A stretch of 64,000 nt of DNA from a virus. Lineage: Duplodnaviria > Caudoviricetes. A model generated the notes under the pieces. The model worked only from the letters and a program-made list of their open reading frames with translations. It was not told where the DNA came from and ran no database searches. The position numbers and the translations under genes were made by a program. The DNA is taken from positions 48,311-112,310 of IMG/VR virus record IMGVR_UViG_3300031853_000007. One strand, 5' to 3'. This document shows positions 1 to 10,355 of this stretch, in pieces (position 1 is the first letter of the stretch; every line of letters starts with the position of its first letter).

Positions 1-408
1 AGTCTTGATTCGGATATGCTCACCATCGAGGAATCTCTGTCTGCGGATACCCTGAGTGCCACGAGCAACCTCGGATACGAAGAAGAGGGAGTTATCCTCG
101 ATATAGAAATCGTTCTCGTCGCCCAGAGCAACGCTCTTGAACTCTACGAGGTTAGTGAAGAACTCGTCGCCAGTAAAGCCCTCAACGACAGTCTTCTGGA
201 GAATGGTCTCAACGATGCTAAACAGACCCTTGCACTCGCCATCGCGGATAGCCTTGATGTTGAGCTTAGTGGAACCGTTGTTAGCCTCAATAAGAGCCTT
301 TCTGAGAACGGACATGCTGTCCTTTACGGAGTAATCCTTAACAGGAACTCCATTGTATGCGTCAACTGCGAGATTTATAATATCATCTCTGGTATATTCA
401 TTAGCCAT
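1..408 (-). CDS. Major capsid protein, N-terminal part (runs off the window)
   Basis: ATG at 408 with RBS AGAAAGGAG; open frame MANEYTRDDIINLAVDAYNG...IRRQRFLDG; position after protease and decoration genes as in SPbeta-like heads. Confidence 0.8.
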   Translation of the reverse strand, partial: MANEYTRDDIINLAVDAYNGVPVKDYSVKDSMSVLRKALIEANNGSTKLNIKAIRDGECKGLFSIVETILQKTVVEGFTGDEFFTNLVEFKSVALGDENDFYIEDNSLFFVSEVARGTQGIRRQRFLDGEHIRIKT

Positions 409-433
409 TATTGTTATCTCCTTTCTTATTAAA

Positions 434-946
434 TTACTTAATTCTGATTACGAAGTAAGTCTTAGAACCAACTACCTCGACATCAATGATAGTACCTACG
501 CCATCAGCGGCAGTAGCGGTGTACTCCCACTTAGTAGTAGTACCCAGCTTAACATACTTGCCCTTTGCAGTGGAAGCAGTAGCGGGAAGGTTGTTGATAG
601 CGGGTGCAGTTACAGAGAACACGTCGCCAGTCTCAAGGAGATATACTCTCTGAGGCTCGCCGTCTGCCTTGTTGATGAAGTCGGTGAGATCGTCAACCAG
701 AACAGTAGCGTCCTTGTTAATCTCTACGGATGCAACGAGACCAACAGTCTTGATGGTATCAGAAGCAGTAGGTGCAGTAGTCTTAAACACCTCTCTATCA
801 AGCAGCTCATCGGTAACATGTACAACATTACCATTCTGAATGTCAGTAGCAGTGGTGTCTACATAATATCTTGCGGACAGGAGCTTAGAAGCATCTGCGG
901 TGCCAGTAACCCTGTCGAGTCGTACAACAGCGTAATTATTAGCCAT
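434..946 (-). CDS. Head decoration/capsid stabilising protein
   Basis: 170 aa, beta-rich, between protease/scaffold and major capsid gene; RBS GGAGG. Confidence 0.6.
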   Translation of the reverse strand: MANNYAVVRLDRVTGTADASKLLSARYYVDTTATDIQNGNVVHVTDELLDREVFKTTAPTASDTIKTVGLVASVEINKDATVLVDDLTDFINKADGEPQRVYLLETGDVFSVTAPAINNLPATASTAKGKYVKLGTTTKWEYTATAADGVGTIIDVEVVGSKTYFVIRIK

Positions 947-969
947 TTTATTTTCCTCCTTTTTAAAAT

Positions 970-2610
970 TTAGTCTTCGTTCAGTAGGTCAAACAGACCG
1001 TTGTAAGGCTTGTTTGAAGCTTTATTCTCATCGTCGTGGCAGCTAAAGCCAACGCGAGTCAAATCACTATTGGTGTTAATAGAGAAAGTAGAACTAATGC
1101 GTCCAAGCATAGCGTAACACTTCTCCTCAACTTCCTCTACGGAATAATCAGAGTTATTCTCTTTGAGGTTTGCGTAATCCTCACACTCAGCAAGTCTCTC
1201 ATCAAATGCCTCGAATATTGCATTGACAGCCTCAGCGCGAGCATTAGCCTCCGCTTCGCTCTTGAATTTTCTCAGTTCCTCAACTTCGGTTTCAAGTGTA
1301 GCGAAATCGTTTCGCATCTTATCAAGCTCGTTGCGCTCGTTCTCGGTTACGAACTCCGCGAATACTTCCTCAAACTCGGGATTGACAGCTACCTCTTCGT
1401 CATTCTTTGTGTAGCCAATCTTATAATACTTTTCGTCTATCCACGCCTGAGCAATGAAATAATCCTCGTAAGTACGGATTATCCAATATTCGTCGTCGCT
1501 AATCTCACCGAGAGCCTTATACAGCTTGGTGCGCTTGTCTTCGTCACTCATAGAAAAAGAAATACTCTTAGTGTCCTCAGAATAAACGCCAGCCTTTGCA
1601 GGCTCAGAATCGGAACTGTCAGCGTCAATAGAATTATCTGCGGCGGGAGCATCGTCAGGTTCACCATCAGGCTCGCCCTCGGGTTCTGCGTCATTAGACT
1701 CTCCATCAGAGTCGCCATCAGGCTCATCCTTGGGTTCGTCACCATCGCCCTCAGCTACGTCAACGGGATCTCCCTCAGTGGGTTCCTCGTCTACCTTAGC
1801 GTTAAGCTCAGCAACCTTAGCTCTCAGCTCATCAACAGTCATATCCTCGTTTATCTCAAAACCAAGTTCAGCTTCGCTTATACCGTACTCAGCAAGGACA
1901 TTCTGTATAGTTTCCTTATCCATTCCTATCACTCCTTTCTCTTGTTCTTTATCCGCAATCGAGAATAACTTGGAAATCTCGCTGCGTAAATCCTCAACAG
2001 TGATAACTCTTGTGCCATCATCTGCCGTAGAATAATTAGTAATAGTAGCACCCGAATTTTGCATTGCGGGTCTTACATCGGTGCCAAGAAGAGTTATACC
2101 TTCATACTTAAAATCAGTGATGATATAGCAATTCTTAGGCTTACTATAATGGTAATCCAAGAACTCTACTTCCATAGAGAGTTTTATCCTATCGCTGTTT
2201 TGAAGAATATCAACACAGTAATTAGAATAGCCCTTCCATATGTAAGCATCACAATACACATAAGAAATACCATCCTCTTCAACTATCTCGTAATTGTTAG
2301 TCTCGGGAACTAAACCAACGGGTTGTTCTTGGTATATCTTGCGATACTGACCATCATTGAATTTATCTTCCTCGATAGTAAAATCGTGTCCTCCAAAATC
2401 AAGCTGACCATCATCGTTCTCTATAACGTGAGCAAGAATCGCGCTGTTAGCAATAGACGCTTGGGCTTTATAGAGTGCATCTTTGGGGAATATTGTGTTG
2501 TGAAGACTCTTGGTATCGTGACATACTTTGAGTCGTAGTTTCATGAATTTGTCATTGTCGAAAGTATCATCGACTGCGTATGTTACCGCATATGAAATAT
2601 TATTTAGCAT
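970..2610 (-). CDS. Prohead protease fused to acidic coiled-coil scaffold
   Basis: N-terminal protease-like motifs (LSMEV, EGITLLG..VRPAM), acidic linker, coiled-coil C-terminus; lies between portal and capsid genes. Confidence 0.75.
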   Translation of the reverse strand: MLNNISYAVTYAVDDTFDNDKFMKLRLKVCHDTKSLHNTIFPKDALYKAQASIANSAILAHVIENDDGQLDFGGHDFTIEEDKFNDGQYRKIYQEQPVGLVPETNNYEIVEEDGISYVYCDAYIWKGYSNYCVDILQNSDRIKLSMEVEFLDYHYSKPKNCYIITDFKYEGITLLGTDVRPAMQNSGATITNYSTADDGTRVITVEDLRSEISKLFSIADKEQEKGVIGMDKETIQNVLAEYGISEAELGFEINEDMTVDELRAKVAELNAKVDEEPTEGDPVDVAEGDGDEPKDEPDGDSDGESNDAEPEGEPDGEPDDAPAADNSIDADSSDSEPAKAGVYSEDTKSISFSMSDEDKRTKLYKALGEISDDEYWIIRTYEDYFIAQAWIDEKYYKIGYTKNDEEVAVNPEFEEVFAEFVTENERNELDKMRNDFATLETEVEELRKFKSEAEANARAEAVNAIFEAFDERLAECEDYANLKENNSDYSVEEVEEKCYAMLGRISSTFSINTNSDLTRVGFSCHDDENKASNKPYNGLFDLLNED

Positions 2611-2646
2611 TGCAACCTCCTTTCTAAAAAATGAAACACCGTGTTG

Positions 2647-2826
2647 TTACGCGAAGAAAGTGTTCGTGTATACTATCTTTAAGTCGTCCATCTCACTAAA
2701 TGTGTTAGCAGGGGAGTTCTCAAATACATAGGTGTCACCCGACATAGAAAAGAGTTTATAGCCGTGATTAAGTAATATCTCGGCGGTAGTATCGTCTTGT
2801 GTCATAATGAAGTGTTTATCATCCAT
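2647..2826 (-). CDS. Small hypothetical protein (59 aa)
   Basis: MDDKHFIMTQDDTTAEILLNHGYKL...; RBS AAGGTGGTGG; below the ORF-track cutoff. Confidence 0.6.
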   Translation of the reverse strand: MDDKHFIMTQDDTTAEILLNHGYKLFSMSGDTYVFENSPANTFSEMDDLKIVYTNTFFA

Positions 2827-2840
2827 GCTTGTCCACCACC

Positions 2841-4346
2841 TTAATATTCCTTGTTGATTTCGGCTTCTCTTGTTAATTCACCTGCGTCAGTAAGCTGTTC
2901 GCCTTTTTCCTCTGCCGTAGGTGCGCCACCATCATCACTACCAGATTGAGTGTATGACGTAGCGAGAGGTTCAAATTTGTTTGCCAAATCAAGTACCTCA
3001 TTTTCAAGGAAGGTCATACCAAGCATATCTATCGGATTGATACCAAGAGCGGAGCAAGCCATAGTCTTGGTTGGCAGACTAGCCTGAGCTGCCTTCAAAT
3101 AACCGTTGATTGCTTCTTCCTTGTTATAGAATGTAATGTCTAATAGTTCAATCTTGAATTTGTACCTGCTAAACCGCAGCTTTAACAAGCGGTTGATGTT
3201 GCGCTCAATCTGACGAGACAAATCAAACACCATCTGCATATCCGCCTTAATAGAAACATTAAGAGTTGCAGAGGTTTTATTCTCGTCGCCAAATATAAGC
3301 GAGCTTACACCGGCATCATTCCAAAATGTTTTAATTGAATTATTGACGTTGTTGTTTTCAGAAGTTCCAGTATTCTCGAAACTGAAATCCTTAGAGTCCA
3401 TAGGTGTAAGGAACGCGCCTATGTTTTCGGGAAGAACATCAAGTAAGCCGCTGTAATATTCAAGAAGAATATCGCGGTCAATCAAAAAGTTCCCGTCGTT
3501 ATCAACAGGAACCTTCAATGCAATTACTTTATAGTTGTCAGTTTCGGCTTTGGCTTTCTTTAGGGCTTTGTAATCTTCAATGTCGTATATACCCTCAAAC
3601 ACACCAAGGAATGGTACAACGGGGTATGGGACATCATCCATGAGCTTTACACAGAACTGCCGCTTTGAATCGAGAGTTTGCCACCGCACACCCTCTTCCT
3701 TAAACAATGCAAACCTCTCTTCAAACTCTTCGCCGAAGTATTGTAAATCCTGCGGATAAGTAAGAAAGTACGTGAAGTCGAAGTCGTATAAGAAACAACC
3801 ATCTTCTATACGAGTGACCTTACAGTACTCAGGCGGGAGTTGCTTAATATAAAAGGATTCGTTGGACTCATATATGTATCCGTAGAATATATCTTCCTTA
3901 AAACATATCTTAGCAATCTTAGCCATCTCGTGACGTATATTCATCTTATCGAGATATGCAAGAGTATTGATATAACTCTTCTCATACTCCACCTTATCTA
4001 TTTTACCCCAAACAGAATTGATCTTATAAGGTGAGACAATATAAGAATAGAGGTGCATTGTAGCGAAATAATTTATCAGTCTCTTATAATGAGGGCTAAC
4101 CTGATATAAGTGGCGAGACATCATTCTCAGCTCGTTCTGATAAGTTGCGGGGTTGTTTATCCAATGCGACACCTTGTACTTTGGGTACTTCTTAAAGAAG
4201 TGCAAAGGATTGCGTACACGTATGTAAGGGTCTTTGTTTAAGTCACGAAGTATAATCTGTTTGAGTGCAGAAAACTTACTCAACTGATTAATGACCTCAT
4301 ACCCCGCGCCGTCAGTGCTACTAACGGGAGTAATTAAATCTGACAT
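2841..4346 (-). CDS. Portal protein
   Basis: 501 aa directly downstream of terminase; ends in GGAP(T) motif typical of these portals. Confidence 0.8.
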   Translation of the reverse strand: MSDLITPVSSTDGAGYEVINQLSKFSALKQIILRDLNKDPYIRVRNPLHFFKKYPKYKVSHWINNPATYQNELRMMSRHLYQVSPHYKRLINYFATMHLYSYIVSPYKINSVWGKIDKVEYEKSYINTLAYLDKMNIRHEMAKIAKICFKEDIFYGYIYESNESFYIKQLPPEYCKVTRIEDGCFLYDFDFTYFLTYPQDLQYFGEEFEERFALFKEEGVRWQTLDSKRQFCVKLMDDVPYPVVPFLGVFEGIYDIEDYKALKKAKAETDNYKVIALKVPVDNDGNFLIDRDILLEYYSGLLDVLPENIGAFLTPMDSKDFSFENTGTSENNNVNNSIKTFWNDAGVSSLIFGDENKTSATLNVSIKADMQMVFDLSRQIERNINRLLKLRFSRYKFKIELLDITFYNKEEAINGYLKAAQASLPTKTMACSALGINPIDMLGMTFLENEVLDLANKFEPLATSYTQSGSDDGGAPTAEEKGEQLTDAGELTREAEINKEY

Positions 4347-4361
4347 GATTCACCACCTTTA

Positions 4362-6098
4362 TTATTTCCTGATTATGGGTTTGCGGTAATGCAACCCAAA
4401 AGAGTTATTAATTGATTCTTTCTTTTTCTTTGATATATCTAATTCGAGTTCGCTTGCCATATAGTTAGCATACGCTAACGACGAATACCTATCCTTCCTA
4501 TCATTACCTTTCTCACTGAGCTTTACTTTTGCGCCAACAACTTCATATTTCAGATTTATGATTTCATTAATAAGAAGTGTAGTTTGTGTGTAAGGCATAA
4601 GCAACTCAGTCTTCTTTTCAGTTGCTAGGTTTTTGAATCCTTTGATAGAATGGAAATAAGTATCGGCTTCTTGCTCGTTAATTAGCAGTCTCAATTTACC
4701 ACGCTTGATGTTATCTTTTAACAACGAAGCGCAGTCACTATTAAATTGCATACTAGCTTTGACACTGTATATAACCTTGGGTGGGTTAGAAGATTCACCC
4801 TTATATCTCGCCGCCATCTCATCATTATTTTTGCAAGTCAGGGCGGGATATACTTCGCCGGTATCGGGATTAGTTAAATCCTTTACAAGCTCGTCATATA
4901 CAGACATACCAACACCAGCACAGTCAAGTATAAGATAATCACACTGAAAATCCTCATAAAGCTGTCTTATGCGGATAGCCTGAGTCTCGGAGTGTCCACC
5001 CTCAAAGTTTTCAAGGTACACAACGTTTCTTATATACTGGTTGTTATTAGTGGGTAATAGCTGTAGTATAGTCACAGACGTAGCGTCGTTCTTGTGCTTC
5101 TTACTACCCATGACCGCGATATCAGCAGCGAGCAATCTAATCTCGCCATTCTGCTTGACTGGTGTTTTAAACGTATTGATATTAACCATATCGACAATCT
5201 CGGCTGGATAAAAAGCTGATTGTACTCTTCTAGCGAATACAAGTTCATCGTAGCTGAAATATGCGTCCTCGGCTTCTCCATGCCAGAGACACTCGTTCTC
5301 CATGCGGAAGCTGACCGAGTTAAAGCTGGCTTCGGACATTTCGTCCTCTACGTCCTCGCGCATCATTATGCCCTCTTTAATAGAGAGCTGATAGGGGAGA
5401 CCACATACAAAGTATGCTTTTTTATCATCGAGCATATTTGCTGCATATGATTTAACGTGACTCCAAGACCAGTGTTTTTTAAACCAAGCAGAACTAAGGT
5501 ATATTTGTTTATTACGCTCTTTAAGATGTGCGTACTCAGGTTTATCTAAATATCCTGCTTCACGAGAGGAGGTAAGAAACTTTGTAAGTACAGTATCTAC
5601 AATACTCTTTTTGACCATTCTAAATTCATCAATTAATAGAATGTTAGCTCGATTGTGTCTTGCGTTATCACTTGCTGTTACTGTTTTTACATAAGAGCCA
5701 TTCTTGAATATAACAAATGCGCCACTTGTGTTGTTCTTGTATTCCAATATCTCATTTCTTAATAGCGGAGACCTAGGCATTAGGAAGAGTATTATCTTAC
5801 TAACAATTTCAGCTGCTTGTTCCTTGCTGCCCGCCGCAATACATATCTGCGTGTTTGGGTATAGTATAGCTCGTTGACAGCAAAAAACCGCTCCTAACAA
5901 ACTTTTGCCAATTCCCCTACAAGCGCAAAGTATGAATCTATTACTCATATTCATTGCGACCAATAGTATACATTGGAATATTTTCAACTTAATGTTCAAA
6001 AAATCTTCTGCAAATCTATGAGGGTTAGCTCTATAATAACCACACCATTTATTCACCGCTTCCATCTGCTTGGTTTTCTCTTTAGACCAGTTACGCAT
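4362..6098 (-). CDS. terL: Terminase large subunit
   Basis: Walker A CRGIGKS, Walker B LLIDE, nuclease motifs LAADIA and RKDRYSS. Confidence 0.92.
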   Translation of the reverse strand: MRNWSKEKTKQMEAVNKWCGYYRANPHRFAEDFLNIKLKIFQCILLVAMNMSNRFILCACRGIGKSLLGAVFCCQRAILYPNTQICIAAGSKEQAAEIVSKIILFLMPRSPLLRNEILEYKNNTSGAFVIFKNGSYVKTVTASDNARHNRANILLIDEFRMVKKSIVDTVLTKFLTSSREAGYLDKPEYAHLKERNKQIYLSSAWFKKHWSWSHVKSYAANMLDDKKAYFVCGLPYQLSIKEGIMMREDVEDEMSEASFNSVSFRMENECLWHGEAEDAYFSYDELVFARRVQSAFYPAEIVDMVNINTFKTPVKQNGEIRLLAADIAVMGSKKHKNDATSVTILQLLPTNNNQYIRNVVYLENFEGGHSETQAIRIRQLYEDFQCDYLILDCAGVGMSVYDELVKDLTNPDTGEVYPALTCKNNDEMAARYKGESSNPPKVIYSVKASMQFNSDCASLLKDNIKRGKLRLLINEQEADTYFHSIKGFKNLATEKKTELLMPYTQTTLLINEIINLKYEVVGAKVKLSEKGNDRKDRYSSLAYANYMASELELDISKKKKESINNSFGLHYRKPIIRK

Positions 6099-7174
6099 TA
6101 AGTATCACCACCAAACAGTTCGTCTGCATTGATCGCCGAATCATCATCGTCATCATAAGTAGGAGGCTCAACCGTATATTTAGATACTTCTTCTTCATAC
6201 TCTTTTTCTAAAGCTTCGGTGTATTTATTCTTTACACCCATCATTCGACAGAAGTGCCCCAGTATCCAAACAAAAATATAATGTTTAATACCGTCTACAT
6301 CGCGGAATCTTTCATCGGGTTCGGATATCGGCTCCTCGTCTTCCCACTCTTTAATCTTCAAACCGAAACACTGATTATCCGTCAGCATCTCAGAGTCGGA
6401 CTTCTGCTTAGGTTGCAGATTCGCCGATGCCATACTTGTATTGAACTGGTTAACGAGCTTGGTAATGTCACCGCCTTGTTCAAGTGCGTTCTGAATTTGT
6501 AACTGAATAAAACAGATATTTTTTATGATTGCCTTCTGAGTTATCTCTTCGCACTCTACGCTCTCACTCCATTCCTTATACTTAGTTTCTAAGAAATGAT
6601 AGTCTCGATTCTCCAATCCGAAGCCCCAGAAATCCTTAGTCTCCTTGGATACATGTAGTTCCTCGACGGTTTCCGTAACCCTATACTGCTCCGTTATACT
6701 CTTCTCAATATCTTCAAGTATATTGTCAGCGTAAGTCTTATCAAGCAGAGACTCACGATTGTATAACAGCGTCAGATACTTAGTTACGCGGTTTCCGTCA
6801 TTAGAATCCGCATACGCACTCTCAGCTAGGAAGTCGTTATAATACACATCAAGCATCATACAAACACGTCTGTATGCGGCATGATAATCGGGAAACGTTA
6901 GTGACGTTACATTAAATAAAGCATTTACACAGTCGCTACAATAAGGCATACGGTTGTGATTATTGACATTCATCACGCTGTAGCTTCGCGGAAACAGAGA
7001 CGGATTATCCGAGTCCTTACCGCAAGAGCAACAATGGAATGTTTTCTCAGCCTTGTCACCCGCTTGAATCTTTAACATATCCTCGTTCATTTCTCGAACA
7101 CTTTTACGAACATATGTGCTCTTTGACCCCTTGGGGCGACCCATTGGCTTTTTAGTTAAATCTTGCTTGGGCAT
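6098..7174 (-). CDS. Zn-finger protein upstream of terminase (possible small terminase subunit)
   Basis: Likely start ATG 7174 (MPKQDL); CxxC pairs; overlaps terL start. Confidence 0.55.
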   Translation of the reverse strand: MPKQDLTKKPMGRPKGSKSTYVRKSVREMNEDMLKIQAGDKAEKTFHCCSCGKDSDNPSLFPRSYSVMNVNNHNRMPYCSDCVNALFNVTSLTFPDYHAAYRRVCMMLDVYYNDFLAESAYADSNDGNRVTKYLTLLYNRESLLDKTYADNILEDIEKSITEQYRVTETVEELHVSKETKDFWGFGLENRDYHFLETKYKEWSESVECEEITQKAIIKNICFIQLQIQNALEQGGDITKLVNQFNTSMASANLQPKQKSDSEMLTDNQCFGLKIKEWEDEEPISEPDERFRDVDGIKHYIFVWILGHFCRMMGVKNKYTEALEKEYEEEVSKYTVEPPTYDDDDDSAINADELFGGDT

Positions 7175-7279
7175 AACACCCCACCTTTCTTTCTTGTTTT
7201 GGAAGCTGCGTCGGGGAGTCGAACCCCGATTGAATCCCTCGCAACAAATAAGCGCCACCGAATGATGGCACTAGTATAA

Positions 7280-8038
7280 TTAAGAGAAATCTTCTCTTAG
7301 CTTTTCGATTATTGTGATTTGACCTTTACCAGTTACATATGTAGTGTGACCTATCTTGGTAGCATATGGTGTTTCAAATGTGTATTCCTTTACTTCAAAC
7401 AACCCGCTATCAATATATCTCTGGTAGGGCTGGTTTTTATGCTTTTCATCAGACATAAGGTATTTCTTATCTCTTAGCCACTTGAATAATCTCTTTTGCC
7501 CTATACGAATGTTTTCGTCTTTAGCAAGCTTGGCTAGTGTGTTAATATCTATCAAATCGCTGGTGTCGGCAACGTGGTCGGCAAATGCAACTTTTGGCTT
7601 ATCTTCTTCTACTTTACGTTCAAGAGCGAGTTTTTCCTCTTGCTCCTCTATCCAACGCTTTGCTCGCTCAACGGGATCGTCAATCATATAACTATCCATT
7701 AGCTTATATGTACCAGTCTTGCGAATGGCAGGTAAAACTTCGGAAGTAACCCAATGTTTAAAATATTTAGCTTCGGGAAGCTTGCTGCCAAAGATAAGAG
7801 AGTAGATACCGGATTCGTTAATAATAGTTGCTTTACTTTTGTAGTTGGAACCAGTGTCGGGAATTACGACGGTGGTTTTATCCTCCGAATCTACGTGTCT
7901 CGCCATGGCATCTCTCGGATTACTATACCCTAACGCTTCCGCCACATCCTTGCCTACAAACCACGGCTCTCCATCAATTATAGTTGTTCTTACACTGCCA
8001 AAGTTCTTGTTTTCAAATACTGTTACGATTTCATTCAT
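7280..8038 (-). CDS. BRO-N/KilAC antirepressor
   Basis: EPWFVGKDVAEALGY, INESGIYSLIF, FKHWVTSEVLPAIRKTG, TGKGQ. Confidence 0.92.
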   Translation of the reverse strand: MNEIVTVFENKNFGSVRTTIIDGEPWFVGKDVAEALGYSNPRDAMARHVDSEDKTTVVIPDTGSNYKSKATIINESGIYSLIFGSKLPEAKYFKHWVTSEVLPAIRKTGTYKLMDSYMIDDPVERAKRWIEEQEEKLALERKVEEDKPKVAFADHVADTSDLIDINTLAKLAKDENIRIGQKRLFKWLRDKKYLMSDEKHKNQPYQRYIDSGLFEVKEYTFETPYATKIGHTTYVTGKGQITIIEKLREDFS

Positions 8039-8080
8039 AAATAATCATCGACCTTTCTGTTTTGTTTTTTATATTTAGAC

Positions 8081-8266
8081 TTACATACCACTAAGAGTAA
8101 GTAGATCTTTTCTTAACTTTTCATCGTCTCTAAAGACAAAAACTGTTTTGTCTATATTGTTTTTATCGGGTTTTATATCTATAATAAGATTACCCATTCT
8201 TAAAAGTCTTCTTGCCGTAGCTGGAGCAAATATAGACTTGCCTTTTACCGATGCTGTATTATTCAT
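8081..8266 (-). CDS. Small hypothetical protein (DUF5659-like)
   Basis: ARRLLRMG..IIDIKPDK...KTVFVF pattern. Confidence 0.55.
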   Translation of the reverse strand: MNNTASVKGKSIFAPATARRLLRMGNLIIDIKPDKNNIDKTVFVFRDDEKLRKDLLTLSGM

Positions 8267-8300
8267 TTCTTTTGAGACCTTTCTCTTTTTAAAGTATCTT

Positions 8301-9011
8301 TTACATCTTATCAGCCCATGCTGATAGTTCGCCCCTATAATTCTTTGTGAGGTGGCAAACCCTCGCCCATTCCTTATTCTGAAAATGTTCGATACATCTG
8401 CCAAGTCCTGAGTCTTCGGGTTTAATTCCCTGTACCTGTAACGATGAGCCAATGACACACACGTAACAATCGTCGTGACATCTCGTGAGAACTGCTTTAA
8501 GTTGCTCTTTAGTCATACACTGAGCTTCGTCGATAATCACAAATTTCCTAGAGAAATCACTGCCGAGTATATACACATCCGTCATAGGCGTGAAGATACC
8601 AGTTCCCATCTTCTGGTTCATATAAGTATCGTCGTTTATCACAGTTACCGGATTCTCACCAAGATTAATTAGAGTATGAATAAGAGGAGCCATATAAACC
8701 GATTCTTTGTCCGCACGGTCTCCGGGGAGAAATCCTAGCCGTCCTTCTGAACTAGGGGTTCTGATATAGTACGCTTCGTCGCAAATGCCATATCTCACAT
8801 ACATAAGAGCTACCGCTACCGCCATAGTGGTTTTTCCTGAACCTGCTACCGCATCAGCTATTACAAGTTTGACATCTCTATCCCAAAGACAATCTCTGTA
8901 ATATAACTGTTCGGAATCACTACAATCGAGACCATAGAAAGGATGGTCTTCGAGTGTCTTGGGCGGTTCACCATATGGTAATGCTATATTTTTCTTTGTT
9001 GATTTAGCCAT
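8301..9011 (-). CDS. phoH: PhoH-family ATPase
   Basis: AGSGKT, LGFLPGD, IIDEAQ motifs. Confidence 0.9.
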   Translation of the reverse strand: MAKSTKKNIALPYGEPPKTLEDHPFYGLDCSDSEQLYYRDCLWDRDVKLVIADAVAGSGKTTMAVAVALMYVRYGICDEAYYIRTPSSEGRLGFLPGDRADKESVYMAPLIHTLINLGENPVTVINDDTYMNQKMGTGIFTPMTDVYILGSDFSRKFVIIDEAQCMTKEQLKAVLTRCHDDCYVCVIGSSLQVQGIKPEDSGLGRCIEHFQNKEWARVCHLTKNYRGELSAWADKM

Positions 9012-9643
9012 TAGAATACCTCATTAAGATCATCAATTATTCCAGAAACCACACCTAGTTCAAGCTGCATCGAGCTTGACAGGTACCAATCTTTTGTCCA
9101 ATTAGCGGACAGTCTCTTCTTTGTAATATTGGTACGTTCAATAATGTAATCTGCCATCATCTCAACTGTACGCTTATAATTCTTCTGGCTTTCTTGTATC
9201 TGTTCATAATCGCCGACCTGCTGACTACTACCGGGATGAAACATAGCAGTACTATACTTCATCGCGTATCTCTTATGCCCCGCGAGAAGAAGCAATGCGC
9301 CCATACTCATAGCAATACCAGCATTAACGGTATAAACAGGAGTCTTGCTTGCGGTAATTGCAGAGATAAGAGCGTATCCCTGATGTACGTCACCGCCGTA
9401 GCTATAAATGAATATTACTATCGGCTTTCTCTCTTCGACCGGGAGGTTCTTGTCTGCGCGATTATACTCATAAATCTGTTTAGTGATTTCAAAAGTATTT
9501 TCAGTAATATCATCGTCAATGTAAATAACTCTGTCGTCATAGTCTTTGTAGTACCTCAATATATCTGGGTCGGGTAAGTGTACGTCTGTTAATTCCTTGG
9601 GAATCTTTATATCCAGCGCGTAAACATCGTCCATAAAATCCAT
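9011..9643 (-). CDS. clpP: ClpP-like protease
   Basis: IYSYGGDV, AMSMG (catalytic Ser), AMFH (His). Confidence 0.88.
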   Translation of the reverse strand: MDFMDDVYALDIKIPKELTDVHLPDPDILRYYKDYDDRVIYIDDDITENTFEITKQIYEYNRADKNLPVEERKPIVIFIYSYGGDVHQGYALISAITASKTPVYTVNAGIAMSMGALLLLAGHKRYAMKYSTAMFHPGSSQQVGDYEQIQESQKNYKRTVEMMADYIIERTNITKKRLSANWTKDWYLSSSMQLELGVVSGIIDDLNEVF

Positions 9644-9675
9644 ATACCGTATCTACCTTTCGTTCTTTAAAATTT

Positions 9676-10280
9676 TAGCATCGTAGGATACCACATTTAT
9701 ATTTACACAGACCTTCGCCTTACCTCCATTAACTTTCCATGTTGTTCGACCACTGAGAAGTCAAGGCTGAATATAAAGGAGCTACCTTTATACTTCTTGA
9801 CTACTTATAAACCTCAGGCGGGACTGTTACCCACAAATTTCACCAAACGTTCAGCATTACCCCCGAAGAGGATTTATTCATCTTAAATTCTATAATACTT
9901 TAGAAGAATAAACTTTACTTGTGATATGGCTACTCTAACTGGCGACTTGTCTTATACCCCGTTTGACCGAGTTCAACACAAATGCGATTGCTTGGATTAC
10001 CCAAGGAACCCCACGGTTTCCACGCCGCAGGTTTTGGGCTTATTCTACACACGTAGCGTCTATTACTCGCACGACAAGTTCCATGTCTTACACAACGTTA
10101 ACTCTTAGCACCACCACTAATATCAAGGGTTTCCCTTTCTTGCTTATACGTCACCGCATAAGAATCGACTTATCATCACAAGTATCCTTGCAATAATATT
10201 CGGTTAAGTAGCGTCTCGGCAGGGTGTTAACCATCTGCACCGAGTTGTTGTAAATATAAATCTAGCATCCTACAATGCCA
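9676..10280 (-). ncRNA. Large structured RNA, ROOL-like (about 605 nt)
   Basis: Ends pair over ~30 bp (GGCATTGTAGGATGCTA-GATTTATATTTACA with TGTAAATATAAATG-TGGTATCCTACGATGCT); many internal stems; no sense ORF; abuts tRNA-Asn. Family assignment rests on size and context only. Confidence 0.65.
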
Positions 10281-10282
10281 AG

Positions 10283-10355
10283 CTCTCCGACTAGGACTCG
10301 AACCTAGAACCGACTCGTTAACAGCGAGCTGCACTACCGCTTGTGCTATCGGAAA
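10283..10355 (-). tRNA. tRNA-Asn(GTT)
   Basis: Full cloverleaf: acceptor TTTCCGA/TCGGAGA, anticodon loop CT-GTT-AA, T-loop TTCGAGT. Confidence 0.92.

Noticed and set aside
16-2731. Long plus-strand ORFs over the head genes (e.g. 353-973, 1036-1968)
   Set aside because: Antisense shadows of codon-biased minus-strand genes; no RBS or recognisable motifs
9926-10196. Two short plus-strand ORFs
   Set aside because: Antisense to the large structured RNA; no RBS
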